Shown here in pieces: positions 1 through 11,374 of a DNA stretch of 64,000 bases. The notes under the pieces were generated by a model. The model saw only the letters and a list, made by a program, of their open reading frames with translations, was not told the DNA's origin and ran no database searches. Origin of the DNA: Elsinoe ampelina. Lineage: Eukaryota. The translations under genes were made by a program, and so were the position numbers. The stretch covers positions 1,594,670 through 1,658,669 of the forward strand of contig ML992505.1 of the NCBI GenBank assembly GCA_010093995.1, given 5' to 3'. Positions within the stretch are counted from its first letter, which is position 1; every line of letters begins with the position of its first letter.

Positions 1-2
1 AA

Positions 3-1439
3 AGCACAACGAGTCTGGATAAGCCAACAGCAATGTCTTGGGTCGGAATGACATCCTTCATTCGCGCTGCAATGAATACGACCGCCACTGTTGGATTAAT
101 CACTGCGTTGTCTGTGCCTGCAATGATGTGCGACCCTGCTGCGAGCGAAGCTCAACAGAGTCTCCGCGAGGGAAAGGTCCTACCACATGTTGAGGCCAAA
201 GATTTCATGGTGCCGCTTCTCGCCGACCAGATTATCAAGCGGGCGTTCCCATTCGACAGCATCCATACACAAATGGGCTACTTTCGAACATGCTTCACTT
301 CGGGGGATGGCTGGCTGGCACTACTCTTGTCAAGGCTTGATCATCTCGAAGTCCTTGACTTGACCTTGGCTGGGACGAACGGATATAGGTATAGCGATGA
401 CTGGAACGATACTCGCTTCTGGTCATTGATGATGATGCTATCCGCTTCAATTGCGGGGGACGTGTCGGAAGAATCGTTTCCTCGTCACCTTCCGCAAAGC
501 CTGTTGGAAGTGGGATCATCTGCGATTCCTCGACCTTCACCTTGGACGCAGGAAATTTGTGACATCTTTAGTGGTATCAGCTATTCGACGTCCTACCAGA
601 CGAGTCACCGCGTATGCACATCCCTGAAATCATTGGTCATTCGGGATTTGAAGTTCGTCATGCAGGCAGCTCCTGCTATCAACTTCTGCGGGCTCTGTCG
701 TTTGGAACTCCACGGCTGTTCCGAGTCGAACGATGCGGAGCTTTCCACATTCAGCAAGGTGGTAGCCCCGCTGAAGACTTTGGTTATATCGTCTGCGCAA
801 CAACGGATCCGCAACGGTCAGCGCCACATACCCTGGTCGTCCGGGATCAGCTCACGCCACATTCAGCAGGCTCTATGGAACTTTCGCCACACCCTGGAAA
901 ACCTGACCCTCTATGGTTATGACCATCCTGTAGTACCACGCGATACCAGGACGGTGACATTTCGACAGTTATCAAAACTGCGGCGATTACATGTAACTCC
1001 TGGCTATTTGCCAATGGATGAGACCGGGCTACGAAGGAACCTCGACGCGGAATTTCCTCTCAGTCTAGAGGAGCTCTGGGCCTTGAGGCTCAATCATGAA
1101 CAACGTACGATCCTGCCAGCGATGCTGAGCGATCGCGTGACCCTTCCACATTTGAACACGGTCATACTTGACATCCACAGATCGCATGCAGACATGTTTG
1201 ACTATCAGCAATACGCTGAGCTCGGGCGCAAGCGTAATGTCAAGGTTGCAATTTGGAAGCTTCACTGCCACCGAAGAAGCTGCTGGAGTCAAGACACCGG
1301 CTTCATATGCAACTTGGACAGCGATCAGATAAGAGATTCAATGGCATGGGAGGATCCAAGACTGCAATACACAATCGCCGCTGCGTGGCCAGAGTACTCA
1401 GCTCGGGAATGGAAGAGACAAGAGCTGTACGACATGTAG
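3..1439 (+). CDS. F-box/LRR-like fungal protein, 5'-partial (paralog of the next gene)
   Basis: Frame is open back to the window edge. LRR-like segments (LEVLDL, LKSLVIRDL, LENLTL, LRRLHV, LEELW). Colinear similarity to the 1986-3654 gene, including the C-terminal WKRQELYDM vs WNRRELFHM. Confidence 0.7.
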   Translation, partial: STTSLDKPTAMSWVGMTSFIRAAMNTTATVGLITALSVPAMMCDPAASEAQQSLREGKVLPHVEAKDFMVPLLADQIIKRAFPFDSIHTQMGYFRTCFTSGDGWLALLLSRLDHLEVLDLTLAGTNGYRYSDDWNDTRFWSLMMMLSASIAGDVSEESFPRHLPQSLLEVGSSAIPRPSPWTQEICDIFSGISYSTSYQTSHRVCTSLKSLVIRDLKFVMQAAPAINFCGLCRLELHGCSESNDAELSTFSKVVAPLKTLVISSAQQRIRNGQRHIPWSSGISSRHIQQALWNFRHTLENLTLYGYDHPVVPRDTRTVTFRQLSKLRRLHVTPGYLPMDETGLRRNLDAEFPLSLEELWALRLNHEQRTILPAMLSDRVTLPHLNTVILDIHRSHADMFDYQQYAELGRKRNVKVAIWKLHCHRRSCWSQDTGFICNLDSDQIRDSMAWEDPRLQYTIAAAWPEYSAREWKRQELYDM

Positions 1440-1985
1440 CAGCGTATTTACCTTGAAGATTAGCGTTCTATCTCAGTCGCTCACGGGAAGCTCGCTCACG
1501 TATGTTGTGGGCATCTGCGAAAGCCCATACAGGCGTCGATGGAAGAGTGGTGCAGTCTTCCCGAACAATCGCTAAATCATTGTACATTTGATGACAGTAA
1601 CGACATTGTTTCTCTTTAATCAACCTTTGCTAGTAGTCTCTATTCCCATTTCAGCAGGTAGCTGGTAGTAGAATGGTCGCGCGTGCGGAGGTGTGCGCGG
1701 CTGAGGCGGCTCGCTGAGTACCGCCCGCAACGTACATATCGCACGCACTCTTTCCTTCCTTGCCCGCTCAAATTTGACAGAGGCATTCATGGATACTCAA
1801 TGAGCTCCTGGAACGAGTCGGCAGGTACGGATTATGCCGTCGTGATATGGCGGCCCACTCCAGGCACCCATGCAGATGCATGCACCTCGACGCAAGGGGT
1901 AGCTGAAAAAAAAATGAGTCTTTCAGGTATATTTTTACCTATTGCCTGCGATTTGGGAATTGTCTTCTCCTGCGTACTTGTCATC

Positions 1986-3654
1986 ATGTCTTCACTGCTA
2001 CCTCAAGAATTGGTCGACATGGTTGCCGGCCACTGTCGAGATGATCACCGCACCCTATCACGTTTCGCACAAACATGCCGCACGTATCAGACATTACTTG
2101 CTCCCAGGATCTTTCATACACTCGTCATCAGCGATAATCTCAGCAATCCTTTGACCAGGAGGACGATGAATTCCGACTGCACGGGCCAGACATACATGTC
2201 CTGGTCAGACATGATCTCCTTCGTGCAAACTGTCGTTGCTGGATCTATCGTGGCTCGCTTCGTCAGAGTGGTGCATGCTCCGCATATCAACCCTGAACAC
2301 ATCCTCAACCAATTGTCAGATGAGCTCAGGACGATCTATAGAAGCGTGGCGAGACCTTCGGCGAGGATCGACAAGGGAACTTATACAGCGGTGCCTCAAT
2401 GAGATCAAAGGTCCCACAATGTCACCGTCGACCAGGCAAGACTGGATGCGTGACCTGCTACGTGGCGATCGCTTTGGTGACAGTTGGTTGGCTCCCTTGT
2501 TGCTACATCTCCCCAATGTCGAAGCACTTGAAATTGGCTTGGACACCACTGGAGGGAACATCAATCAATGCGGTAGTAGTGATCGTCGTCTATGGAGCTT
2601 GAGAACTCTGTCATCTATCAGAGCTGCAAATCCATTGCCATGCATTGCTCCATCTGCCACGACCAAAACTCGGGCCATCAGGCATCCAAGACCAGGCGTT
2701 TGTGACTACTCCTCATTTTGGATGCACGAAATTTGCGATCCGCTTGACGCCGTGGGGTCATATAAGACAAGACTCGATTCGCTGAGGTCTCTCGTCATTC
2801 GAGACCTGCAACTCACTGCTCGTGAGGCATCGAAAAGTGCGTATTGCAAGCTCACACGTTTAGAGCTGCACGACTGCTTCTCAACTGAGCAAGACACGTC
2901 ACTAGCATTTTGCAGAATCAAGGCCCCAGTCATCACCCTTATCATCACGAATCGTAATATGGACCGGGAATACATATTTGCATCCTCCCCAATACCGCTA
3001 GGCTATAGACACTCACCTTCGTCAAACACCATGCCACTTCGCATCGTTAGATTTGCTCTGCACAATTTTCGAAACACATTGGAGGAACTGGCTATCCACC
3101 GACATATGATCCAAGGGCCATGGTCAGATCGTACACCACTACGTCTTGTTTCACTTCAGAAACTACGTCGGTTACACATACACGGTTGGTATTTCTCGCT
3201 AGACCAATCAGGCCTGCTTCCCGATTTCAAGAAGCATCTGCCACCCTCACTCGAAGAGCTCTGGATTACGAACATTCACAAAAACCATAATGGAATCCTC
3301 GTCGCACCTCTAGCTGTGCGCCGGGACGCCCATCCCAACCTCAAGAGAATCATGCTCGATATTCGAGAGGTGGACACGCCTCACAAGAGCGATATATTCT
3401 CTCTCGAGCACCTGTCCAAGAAGGACACGAAGATTTTGATCTGCAGTCCGCGCCCGCACATATCGCCGTGCAGCAAAGTCTGGAACAATCTGACGAGCAG
3501 GTATGTTCGAACTGATTGCAAGTGTGGTTACGAAGACGGGGGGCGTCGAGTTGAAACGGGGTTCGATGATGTGGATAGCTACCATACACGGATACTGACG
3601 AGTCCGGGGACGCCTGTGGAGGATTGGAATCGGAGAGAGCTGTTTCATATGTAG
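1986..3654 (+). pseudogene. F-box/LRR-like protein interrupted by an apparent single frameshift near 2330-2390 (pseudogene or sequence error)
   Basis: ATG at 1986 gives an F-box-like MSSLLPQELVDMVAGHC..TLSRFAQTCRTYQTLL that ends at a stop at 2402. The LRR body continues in the overlapping frame 2236-3654. Spacing relative to the upstream paralog leaves no room for an intron. Confidence 0.6.
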
Positions 3655-3949
3655 CAGTCAAGGTCACAAGATTTGATAGCGAACCTTGTTCCACGCTTGT
3701 TCTCCCAAAAGGCAAATAGCAGGAGCTAAGAGACGACATCTATTGCACTGATATGAAACGTAGAATGTGCCAAAGAGAGCCAAGATAGAACGAATACAAT
3801 GTGTCGAAATTTCTCTTGAGACACTACCTACCCCAAAACTGACCGTCACGACCGACTTGCCACAATGAGCTCACATATCGTCGCACATGCCAAAGTCCCC
3901 TCCCACAATATCCAAGGTATATATTTATTCTCATCCGCCTTTCCCCTCA

Positions 3950-4104
3950 CCAGCGCATCCAATGCGTATGTGGTGCCAATCAAATCACCAGGCGGAAATC
4001 GATCCACGTAACCACAGTTCTCTGTTCGATTCAGAGAGGGTTAATGGTCGCAAACGTGGTCGCCAACGGGGTTTGGGAATCGGCAATCCCAGCGATTCTT
4101 TTTT
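3950..4104 (+). ncRNA. Candidate structured RNA polymerase III-type ncRNA of unknown family
   Basis: TATATATTTA at 3918-3927. B-box-like GTTCGATTC in a CTCTG-TTCGATT-CAGAG hairpin (4020-4036). Several nested stems. T6 (4099-4104) and T5 (4108-4112) terminator-like runs. Confidence 0.45.
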
Positions 4105-4875
4105 GCGTTTTTGGTCGGGGGTTCGAGCCGTGGTGAGGTCGGATTTTTTGGCTGGGAGGGGGGTGGTTACATGTCAGGTGAGGCTGGGGTGCTGTTACAA
4201 TGACTGAAGGGGCGGTGGTGCTAGAGTAAGCCTGCTTTGGGGTGGAGTTGTATAGGGTTGATTGAGGACGTTGTGTATGGCACGAACCTGCTATGGTTTA
4301 TTGAGGCTGCTGCAATCTTGCTGTATCTCATGGGACGGGAAGACACCTTGCCGGATTCGCGGCTAAGATACGGCATCTCCCAGTGGTTTTCAGCAGGTCT
4401 CTGTGCCTCAATGCCTGGGGTCGACATGATAGGATGTATGCATGACCCCTGAGTGCGCCGGCCGAACATTGAGGCTGCACCGGAACGAATGCAACTCACT
4501 TTCGCCGCAGCGGCAGAAAGGCTTTAGAGCAGTCGGAATGGTCATAATCGTCAATAGAGAGCAAGTAAAGCGGTATACTGTACAGTATCTCATGCATGTC
4601 GGTCGATGGTATGCACCCGATCAGGTCACGTCACATCACATCACGAGGCCGCCCACTCGTCTACTGCAGTACAATCACTTCTACTAGATTCCCATGGTGC
4701 GCACTTATGAACGAAATGCAATGATTTCGGATAATGATAAGAGCTCGAGTTAAAGAAGATGGAGAGGTCGGCTGGCGTTGATGACTAAGCATATCTGAGG
4801 TCGACCGCGGATCTGGAGAAGTTGACGAAGCTGCCCAGGAAATTTTGTAGAGCAGCAGACCAACACATCAAGGCA

Positions 4876-6842
4876 ATGATAACCCGGCAACTGGCTCTCG
4901 GGCGCGGTATGTTGACATGAGACCGTACTGGAACCCACGCTAACCAAACACTCCAGGCCGCATAGCTCTCGCAAAGCCCTCGTCGCCAGCATGGCGAAGA
5001 GCACTCGCGACTGCAGTCGACCAGCACACCTCTTCCATGCCTACAGCTGATCCAGTCAGTCTGGATCTTCCCTCACAATCTGCATCATCTACTCGAGTAC
5101 CTCAAGCATCGTTACGTCCCGCACTGGACCCAAAGTATGGACGCTTCGCTCTCGACTACGAAGAATCTCAAGCATTCCGAAAGAAGACTCGTTCACTGGG
5201 AACACATTTGACGCCACATTATCGACCCCGGGAGCTGATTTCGAAACCACCTGGTCCGGCTGATGTCACCTTGGAAGCCTTGATGGCTGCGCAGTCTCAT
5301 TTTGGCCACGCGACAGGTCTTTGGCATCCAGGCAATGCACGGTACATTTACGGTGTCCGATCGGGGATCCACATCATCTCTCTAGATGTCACAGCTTCGC
5401 ATCTTCGTCGAGCTGTCAAGATTGTCCGCAACACAACTTCGATGGGTGGACTGGTCTTGTTTGTTGGTACAAGAGATGGGCAATCTCAATCGGTAGTACG
5501 AGCGGCGGAACTGGCTGGTGGATGCCATCTCTTCGATCGCTGGATACCAGGCTCCATCACAAATGCACACCAGATTCTCGCAAAATGTCGAAAGACTGTC
5601 CGTGATATGGAGGGCAACGAGGTGCCTGGCTTTGAAGAACAGCTCGACAAGCACCCGGCTCTAAAACCCGATCTTGTAGTCGTGCTCAACCCGCTTGAGA
5701 ATTATGTCCTACTTCGGGAATGCAGACAGCACAACATACCAACAATTGGAGTAGTAGACACAGACTGCAATCCGACTTGGGTCACTTACCCAATTCCAGC
5801 AAACGATGACAGTCGACGCTGTACCAATTTCATTGCTGGTGTTCTCGGCCGGGCAGGAGAGGAGGGCAATAAGGCAAGAGCTGGATTTGTAGCAGAATTC
5901 GGCGCCTCACCTCATGAACAAGGACATCAGCTCGAGCTCGCCTCGGATGAAGAAGGAGAGGAGGGTGAAGAAGACCTCGCGAATCCAAAGCCCTCTCCGT
6001 ACGAGGACCAGGAAGCCCGCAGAATACAGGCAATCAATAAGACCCGAAATGCCACTTCCGCAGACGAAGACGGTCTCCTCGGCCCGGTCGAACTTCTCGA
6101 CGAAGCCCAGACGAACGCAGCATTCTACATCAACGACCTCAGCGACGAATCCGATCTCGCAACAGACATCCTCGCAGCCGACTTCATCCACGGCCCACCC
6201 GACCACGCTCTGACAGACGCCGACCTCACAGAAGCCGAATCACACCTCACAGAAGCCGGCGTGATGGTTGACGGCAGCCTCACCAGCCCACTTATCCAAC
6301 TCACCCCCGAAGAAGGTCGTCGCCTCGAAGCACTAGCCGAAGAGGCCAACGACGAGCAAATCACCGAAGAAGAAGCCGCCAGCCTCATCCGCGACGCCAA
6401 CGCCATCGCCTCCCGGGGCCTCCAAATCTCCATGCCTACCGTGCAAGACACCACTGGCTCCGCCCTCCGCAAGTTACGCGAAGCAGAAGATCCCTCCCTC
6501 GCGCGTCTCGTCGCCATCAAGCGCCGGGCACTGGGCGAGACTCTGAGCGCCGCGGATCTCAAGGTCCTGGAGTCCGTGGAGGCAGAGGAGAGAGAGGTCC
6601 GCAAGAGGGTGAATGAGAAGAGAGCGGAGACGATCAAGCAGTTGACGGAAGCGATTGCAGAGGCGGATGAAGAGGCGAAGGAGATCGAGCTCGAGGAGGC
6701 GGACGAGGAGGACGAGCTGGGAATGGAGGAGTACGAGGAGAGGCAGCGGAGTCGGACGGCGCATTACGATGATCCGGATGAGGGCGGGATCGGACCGATC
6801 AGGAAGAACAGACGGGGAGGGGGTGGGGGATTTGAGCGGTGA
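4876..6842 (+). CDS. MRP4: Mitochondrial small-subunit ribosomal protein uS2m (exons 4876-4906, 4957-6842)
   Basis: S2 motifs HFGHATGLWHPGNARYIYGVRSGIHII, RWIPGSITN, PTIGVVDTDCNP..YPIPANDDS. A 50-nt GTATGT..GCTAAC..CAG intron adds an Arg-rich targeting peptide (MITRQLALGRGRIAL..WRRALAT). Confidence 0.92.
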
Positions 6843-7006
6843 GGAGGTAAATTGTGTATCGGGAAGACTGAGACACGATGGTACTGTATATTGTAGAATA
6901 TATGATTATACTTCATCCTCTATACGCGTCCAGCCCCTCCTCCCATCTCCCCCTCTGCCTTCCCCACCTTCACCTCATCCTCTATGCACATAATGATCCG
7001 AAGACC

Positions 7007-8539
7007 CTACCTCCCCAAAACCCCAACAATACTCCCCACCATCACCGCCGCCTCACGATCAAACTTCTTCTGGCCCCCGTTCTCCCCCGCCCCCTTGGAC
7101 GAATCAAGCACGCACCCCCTCACCACCCCCGCCACTCTATCCTTGTTGCTCCTCAGCGTCCTGGCGCTCACCCCTCCCCTGCCCAGTATCTCCATGACGC
7201 GCGCCGTCATGCCGCTCGCGAGCGTGCGCCAGAAATAGGACGGGAGGGAGGAGGTGTCGAGGCTTTGGAGCAGGAGGGGGAGGAGGGGGAGGGGGGAGGT
7301 CGTGAGGTTGTGCCCTGGGAGGGGGCGGTCTTCGTTCTTGGCCCGGGGAGATTTGGTCGGGTTGGGTCGAGATTTGGAAGCGGGGACTGGTGGGGGCCCC
7401 GGGGAGTCCGAGTCCGAGTCAGAGGAGGAGGCGTCGGAGTCGGAGGTGGGCCCGTTTGTAGAGGATAAGGGGGCCGAGGAGGTGAGGTACGGATGGACTC
7501 CGCGCTGGGTGCTGGACAGGACTTGTTCGAGGGCGACGACGTTGGCGCAGCGTCCGCCTACTTCTGCTAGGGTGCGTTCGAGGGTTGGGAGTGTGGCGAG
7601 GGCTCGGGCGAGGGATGCTTGCGAGGAGGTGAGGTTTGCTTGGAGGTAGGAGGTTAGAGCGTTGAGGAGGAGTTTGGGTTCGTAGGCGGTTTCCTTTGTA
7701 CCGATTGGGCAGGGAGAGAGGAGGTAGAGGGACGTGAGGGCCGAGGTTGTGCGGGATTTGGCGGCTTCGGATTGGGCAAAGGTTGTGGTGGATAGGTTTG
7801 CGGCGGGTGATGAGACAGTGGATGGGGATGGAAGGGAGGAGATGCTGAATTCGCGGATGGTTTGCTGGGCGAGAGAGATGAGTGCGCGTTCGAGAGGGGT
7901 GAAGAGGCTGTTCTTGAGGGTGGTCACGGTGGTGACTCTCTCTAAACCAGGAGTTGTGGTGGGATTGCTTAGGACAGATCGTAGCTCTAGGACGGTATGA
8001 CTAGCCGCGACCATGGATCGGTGGTTCTCTCGGACCTTCGCGCTGTTTCCTGGCGCAGAAGAGGAGGCATTAGATATGTTGATTCCCAGTTCCTCCATTT
8101 GCAACTCAAGTTGTCGGCCTAGGTTCAGGCATCTTGATACCACCCGACCCAATTTCAATGTTTCGCATAGTCGCTCCGCTGCGAGCCGTACTTGTTCGGC
8201 CTTTTCGTATCGCTCTATGACATCCTTCTCCAATCTCTTGTAACCCTCATTCAGACTCTCCAGCTGAGTCGACACCTCCTCGAGAATGTGAGAGCTGGCA
8301 TCTGCTCTCGTTTGTGTATAGTCCAGTAAAGGAACCGCCGACCTCGTGGTCAGGTTATCGATGTGTATATCCACTTCCTGCACATCAAATAAGACCCGTG
8401 ACAGGGGAGTGGAGAGATCTAGAGGGGTATCGGTGGGGTCATTTGTGCTGAGGACCAGCGTGTTGGCAAATGCAGTGGGCGAGAAGTCTGGATCGAGGAA
8501 CGTGTCATAGTCAATGTACGATGGCTCCTCAGTAGCCAT
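7007..8539 (-). CDS. COG5: Conserved oligomeric Golgi complex subunit 5
   Basis: N-terminus YIDYDTFLDPDFSPTAFANTLVLSTND..PLDLSTPLSRVLFDVQEVD and C-terminal SLPSYFWRTLAS are typical of fungal Cog5. Confidence 0.85.
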   Translation of the reverse strand: MATEEPSYIDYDTFLDPDFSPTAFANTLVLSTNDPTDTPLDLSTPLSRVLFDVQEVDIHIDNLTTRSAVPLLDYTQTRADASSHILEEVSTQLESLNEGYKRLEKDVIERYEKAEQVRLAAERLCETLKLGRVVSRCLNLGRQLELQMEELGINISNASSSAPGNSAKVRENHRSMVAASHTVLELRSVLSNPTTTPGLERVTTVTTLKNSLFTPLERALISLAQQTIREFSISSLPSPSTVSSPAANLSTTTFAQSEAAKSRTTSALTSLYLLSPCPIGTKETAYEPKLLLNALTSYLQANLTSSQASLARALATLPTLERTLAEVGGRCANVVALEQVLSSTQRGVHPYLTSSAPLSSTNGPTSDSDASSSDSDSDSPGPPPVPASKSRPNPTKSPRAKNEDRPLPGHNLTTSPLPLLPLLLQSLDTSSLPSYFWRTLASGMTARVMEILGRGGVSARTLRSNKDRVAGVVRGCVLDSSKGAGENGGQKKFDREAAVMVGSIVGVLGR

Positions 8540-8798
8540 TGGGGTTGGAGCAGATCAGTGTAGCGTCCTGGTGACAAATTTGGCCGTGGAACCTCTCATT
8601 CATGAAGTGAGGTTGAAAAGCCGTCAGAGTTTCCCCGGAAATTCTACAGCTCCCCGGAATTTTCGGGTATGTGAGATGGAGAGCGAGGCGGGGAGAAGGT
8701 GCTTGCTGTCAATTGATTGATGGAAAGTGTGTATCCAAATCATATCTTGGAATAAATCCTCCCCATATACAATATACCGAGATGTGTCCTTGAGCTGA

Positions 8799-10514
8799 TC
8801 AAGCATAGCTCGCTGCCCCGGCCCTCCTCCATCTTCTTTCGTCGGTCCTTTCCCTAATTGGCAGACTGGCCGCACTTCGCCTTCCTCGGTCCTTTCGATC
8901 CCTATCACCGCGACCATCATGTTCCCTCTCGCTCACCCTCCTATCGGGCTTTGTTCTCTCATAGTCTGTAGGCATTCTGGAACGACTGCGGTGGGAGCTT
9001 ACACAAGAGATGCTGTCCTCGGGCAGGACAGTATCGGCGTAGTTGTCATTGTCCTTCTTGCTACCACCGAAGCTTGATTTAATCATATCGAACGTCACCG
9101 GCGTGTACTTGTCTCGTTTGGAGTGTTTGCTGCTCTTGCCGTAGAGTCCTCTGTCGCGAATGGATGCGCGAGAGTCGACGATAGATGTCGGCAGAGGCAC
9201 TTCGGCAGCAGATATTCTGGACGTGCCTTTTTCAGCAGGGTACTCCGAGTGACGTCTTTCACTACGGTGCGAGCGGTGGCGGTGATGAGAAGACTCTCTC
9301 GTGGGCGCTGAGCTCCGTCGACCAGATGCAGGCTCAACGCCTTCAGGAATCCATTCAATGGCGCGATCAGGGCGAAAGGAGTCTCGGAAGGTCAAGCCAG
9401 GCTCGATGTACTTGGAATCTCTCCTAGACCTGGTCGACTTGCGAGAGCCAACGCTGACTGCACTGTCGTGCCTCGGAGACGTGGACATCTCTCCAGGCGC
9501 CAGCATCGGGAGTTGACGAAGATTGCCGTCGAAGGTGACACTTCTAATCGGCGGCTTCACGTAAGCATGAACGTCGTGGATGTTACCCGAGGTGTGAGCG
9601 CGTGAGATTCGTCCCATTGATTGTCGATCGAACCTATCTGCGCCATCATACCGAGCTCTCGATTTGGACGTTTGACTGTGAGTCCTCGACATGGTCCTGT
9701 TGAATTCTTTTTCCTTCCTTGAGCTGTCACGCTCGCTTGAGACCATGGCATAGATTGCGGCCGCTCCAGCAGCAGCACCAATGAGGGTCCCAATGAAGGC
9801 TTTTGACGGGTTGTCGACATTGGGTGCGCACGATACCGATCTGAGAGCGCTACGAGCGACATTGCCTTTTGATCGGCTGGGTCGTTCAGATCGTTCTGAT
9901 TCATCTGATACTGCTGATGCTGGAGGTCTAGTTGATCTTGTTGTGTTGAAAGCGGATGGTGGAGGAACAGACTGCGGCGGTGCGTAGTAAGCAGGCACGT
10001 ATTGGGGTATTTCGAGCTGGGGTGTGGACAATCCTCTATCGTCGCCTTGTGGCTCGACTGCCTCGACACCAGCTTGCGAAGGAGGTGGTCCAAAATTTGG
10101 CGGGCTCACTTCATGATGAACGACCTCGATGGTGTTACCGTCGAGATCAAGTACAGCAGTATTAAAGACCTCGAGATCTTGTCCACGGTAACCTGGGGGT
10201 CCAGCAGGTGAGCCGCCGGCATTCAGAGAACATGCATAGAAGTTCCTGACGGCGGCTCTGCTAGTGGCTGCAAATGCAATGTGTACAGGTGCAGGTTTGT
10301 TTGGACTGGAAAGATCAGCGTTTGTGAAAGACAGGGGTGGCAGATTTTACCCTTTGACTGGTGAGAGGAAGAAGTCCGCTTCTTGCACACCAAAGCCCAA
10401 CTGATCGTCTCTAGAACCAATGTACCGGTAGCCTAAGGGTTGCAGAGCTGCAGCAAAGAATGAATAAGAAGCTGCAATATTTTGCACAGAAAGACCTATG
10501 TGAGCAACTGGCAT
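8799..10514 (-). CDS. Glyoxalase/VOC-domain protein with a long Ser/Arg-rich low-complexity C-terminus (exons 10514-10351, 10305-8799)
   Basis: A 45-nt intron (10306-10350, GTAAAA..GCTGAT..CAG) joins MPVAHIGLSVQNIAASYSFFAAALQPLGY..VHIAFAATSRAAVRNFY..GG..GPPGYR..AVLDLDGNTIEVV in frame to ORF 8799-10109. Confidence 0.8.
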
Positions 10515-11374
10515 GTCAGGTAGTATAGTACAGTATCCACACTATTGTGTAACAATGAGCGGAAGTTGAAGGAGAAGACGGTAACTTATCCTGCCTCGAG
10601 GACATGGTCGAGACATTACGGCCAGAAGCGTCAGGACCGTTCACGCGAGAAGGAGCAGCTTAGCGTGTGATTCGGGCTCTGCACGGTTGGGAAGGGGTAA
10701 GGACGTGGCAGTGAGCTCGCCAGAAAGCTCGCCTGGCGGAGGGGCGGAAGCATACCAATCGGTGTAAAGAGGATCGTCAATATTTGAGGCTCAACTGGAC
10801 TCCTGCATGTCGGTCTGGACCGGTGTAGCATGTGGGCGTGCCACGTCGTTTGGTTTCGGAAAGATGTGGGTCTGATATGTGAGTGGTCGGGGAAGACGGA
10901 AGAAGTCGTGAGTGGTTGAAAGAGCTCCGTGACGAGGAAGATGGAGTGCAGTCGACGCTCCCGTAACCATGGCACAGCCTTCGGGCATCGACGACGTGCA
11001 TAAAGTGTAACACGATTGGTAGCGAAAAGACGAATGAAGAGCGAGGTCAAGACGCCATCACAGATGGTGACAGAGACTGAGAGAGACCCCGCAGCGTCTC
11101 GATCCGTGCCGATTCGCAACCAGATCAGGAAGCACACTGGGTTGCTACAGCCCGTCGATGCCGTTTCTTATCATTATTGGATCTGGTTGACCATGAGAAG
11201 CGAATATAGATGATAGAGGGTCATGGTATCTCATTTAACAACATGCTACATTCGACAGTTCGATTAAATCGAGCAAGAACACAGAAACCATCCCATCGCC
11301 AAATATTGCCTTCTTTTGAAGTACCTGCATCCCAAATTGAGCAGCCTGGCCAGGACTCATGTTTAGAAAACACC

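Noticed and set aside
4009..4045. tRNA gene suggested by the perfect T-arm (CTCTG TTCGATT CAGAG)
   Set aside because: No D-arm, anticodon arm or properly spaced acceptor stem; the strand pairing with the 3' side lies immediately upstream. Kept only as a non-tRNA ncRNA candidate.
3892..4075. RNase MRP/P or telomerase RNA (AAAGTCCCC at ~3892, AGGGTTA at ~4037)
   Set aside because: The motifs are short, the AAAGTCCCC lies upstream of the TATA, and the other conserved regions or a full template are absent.
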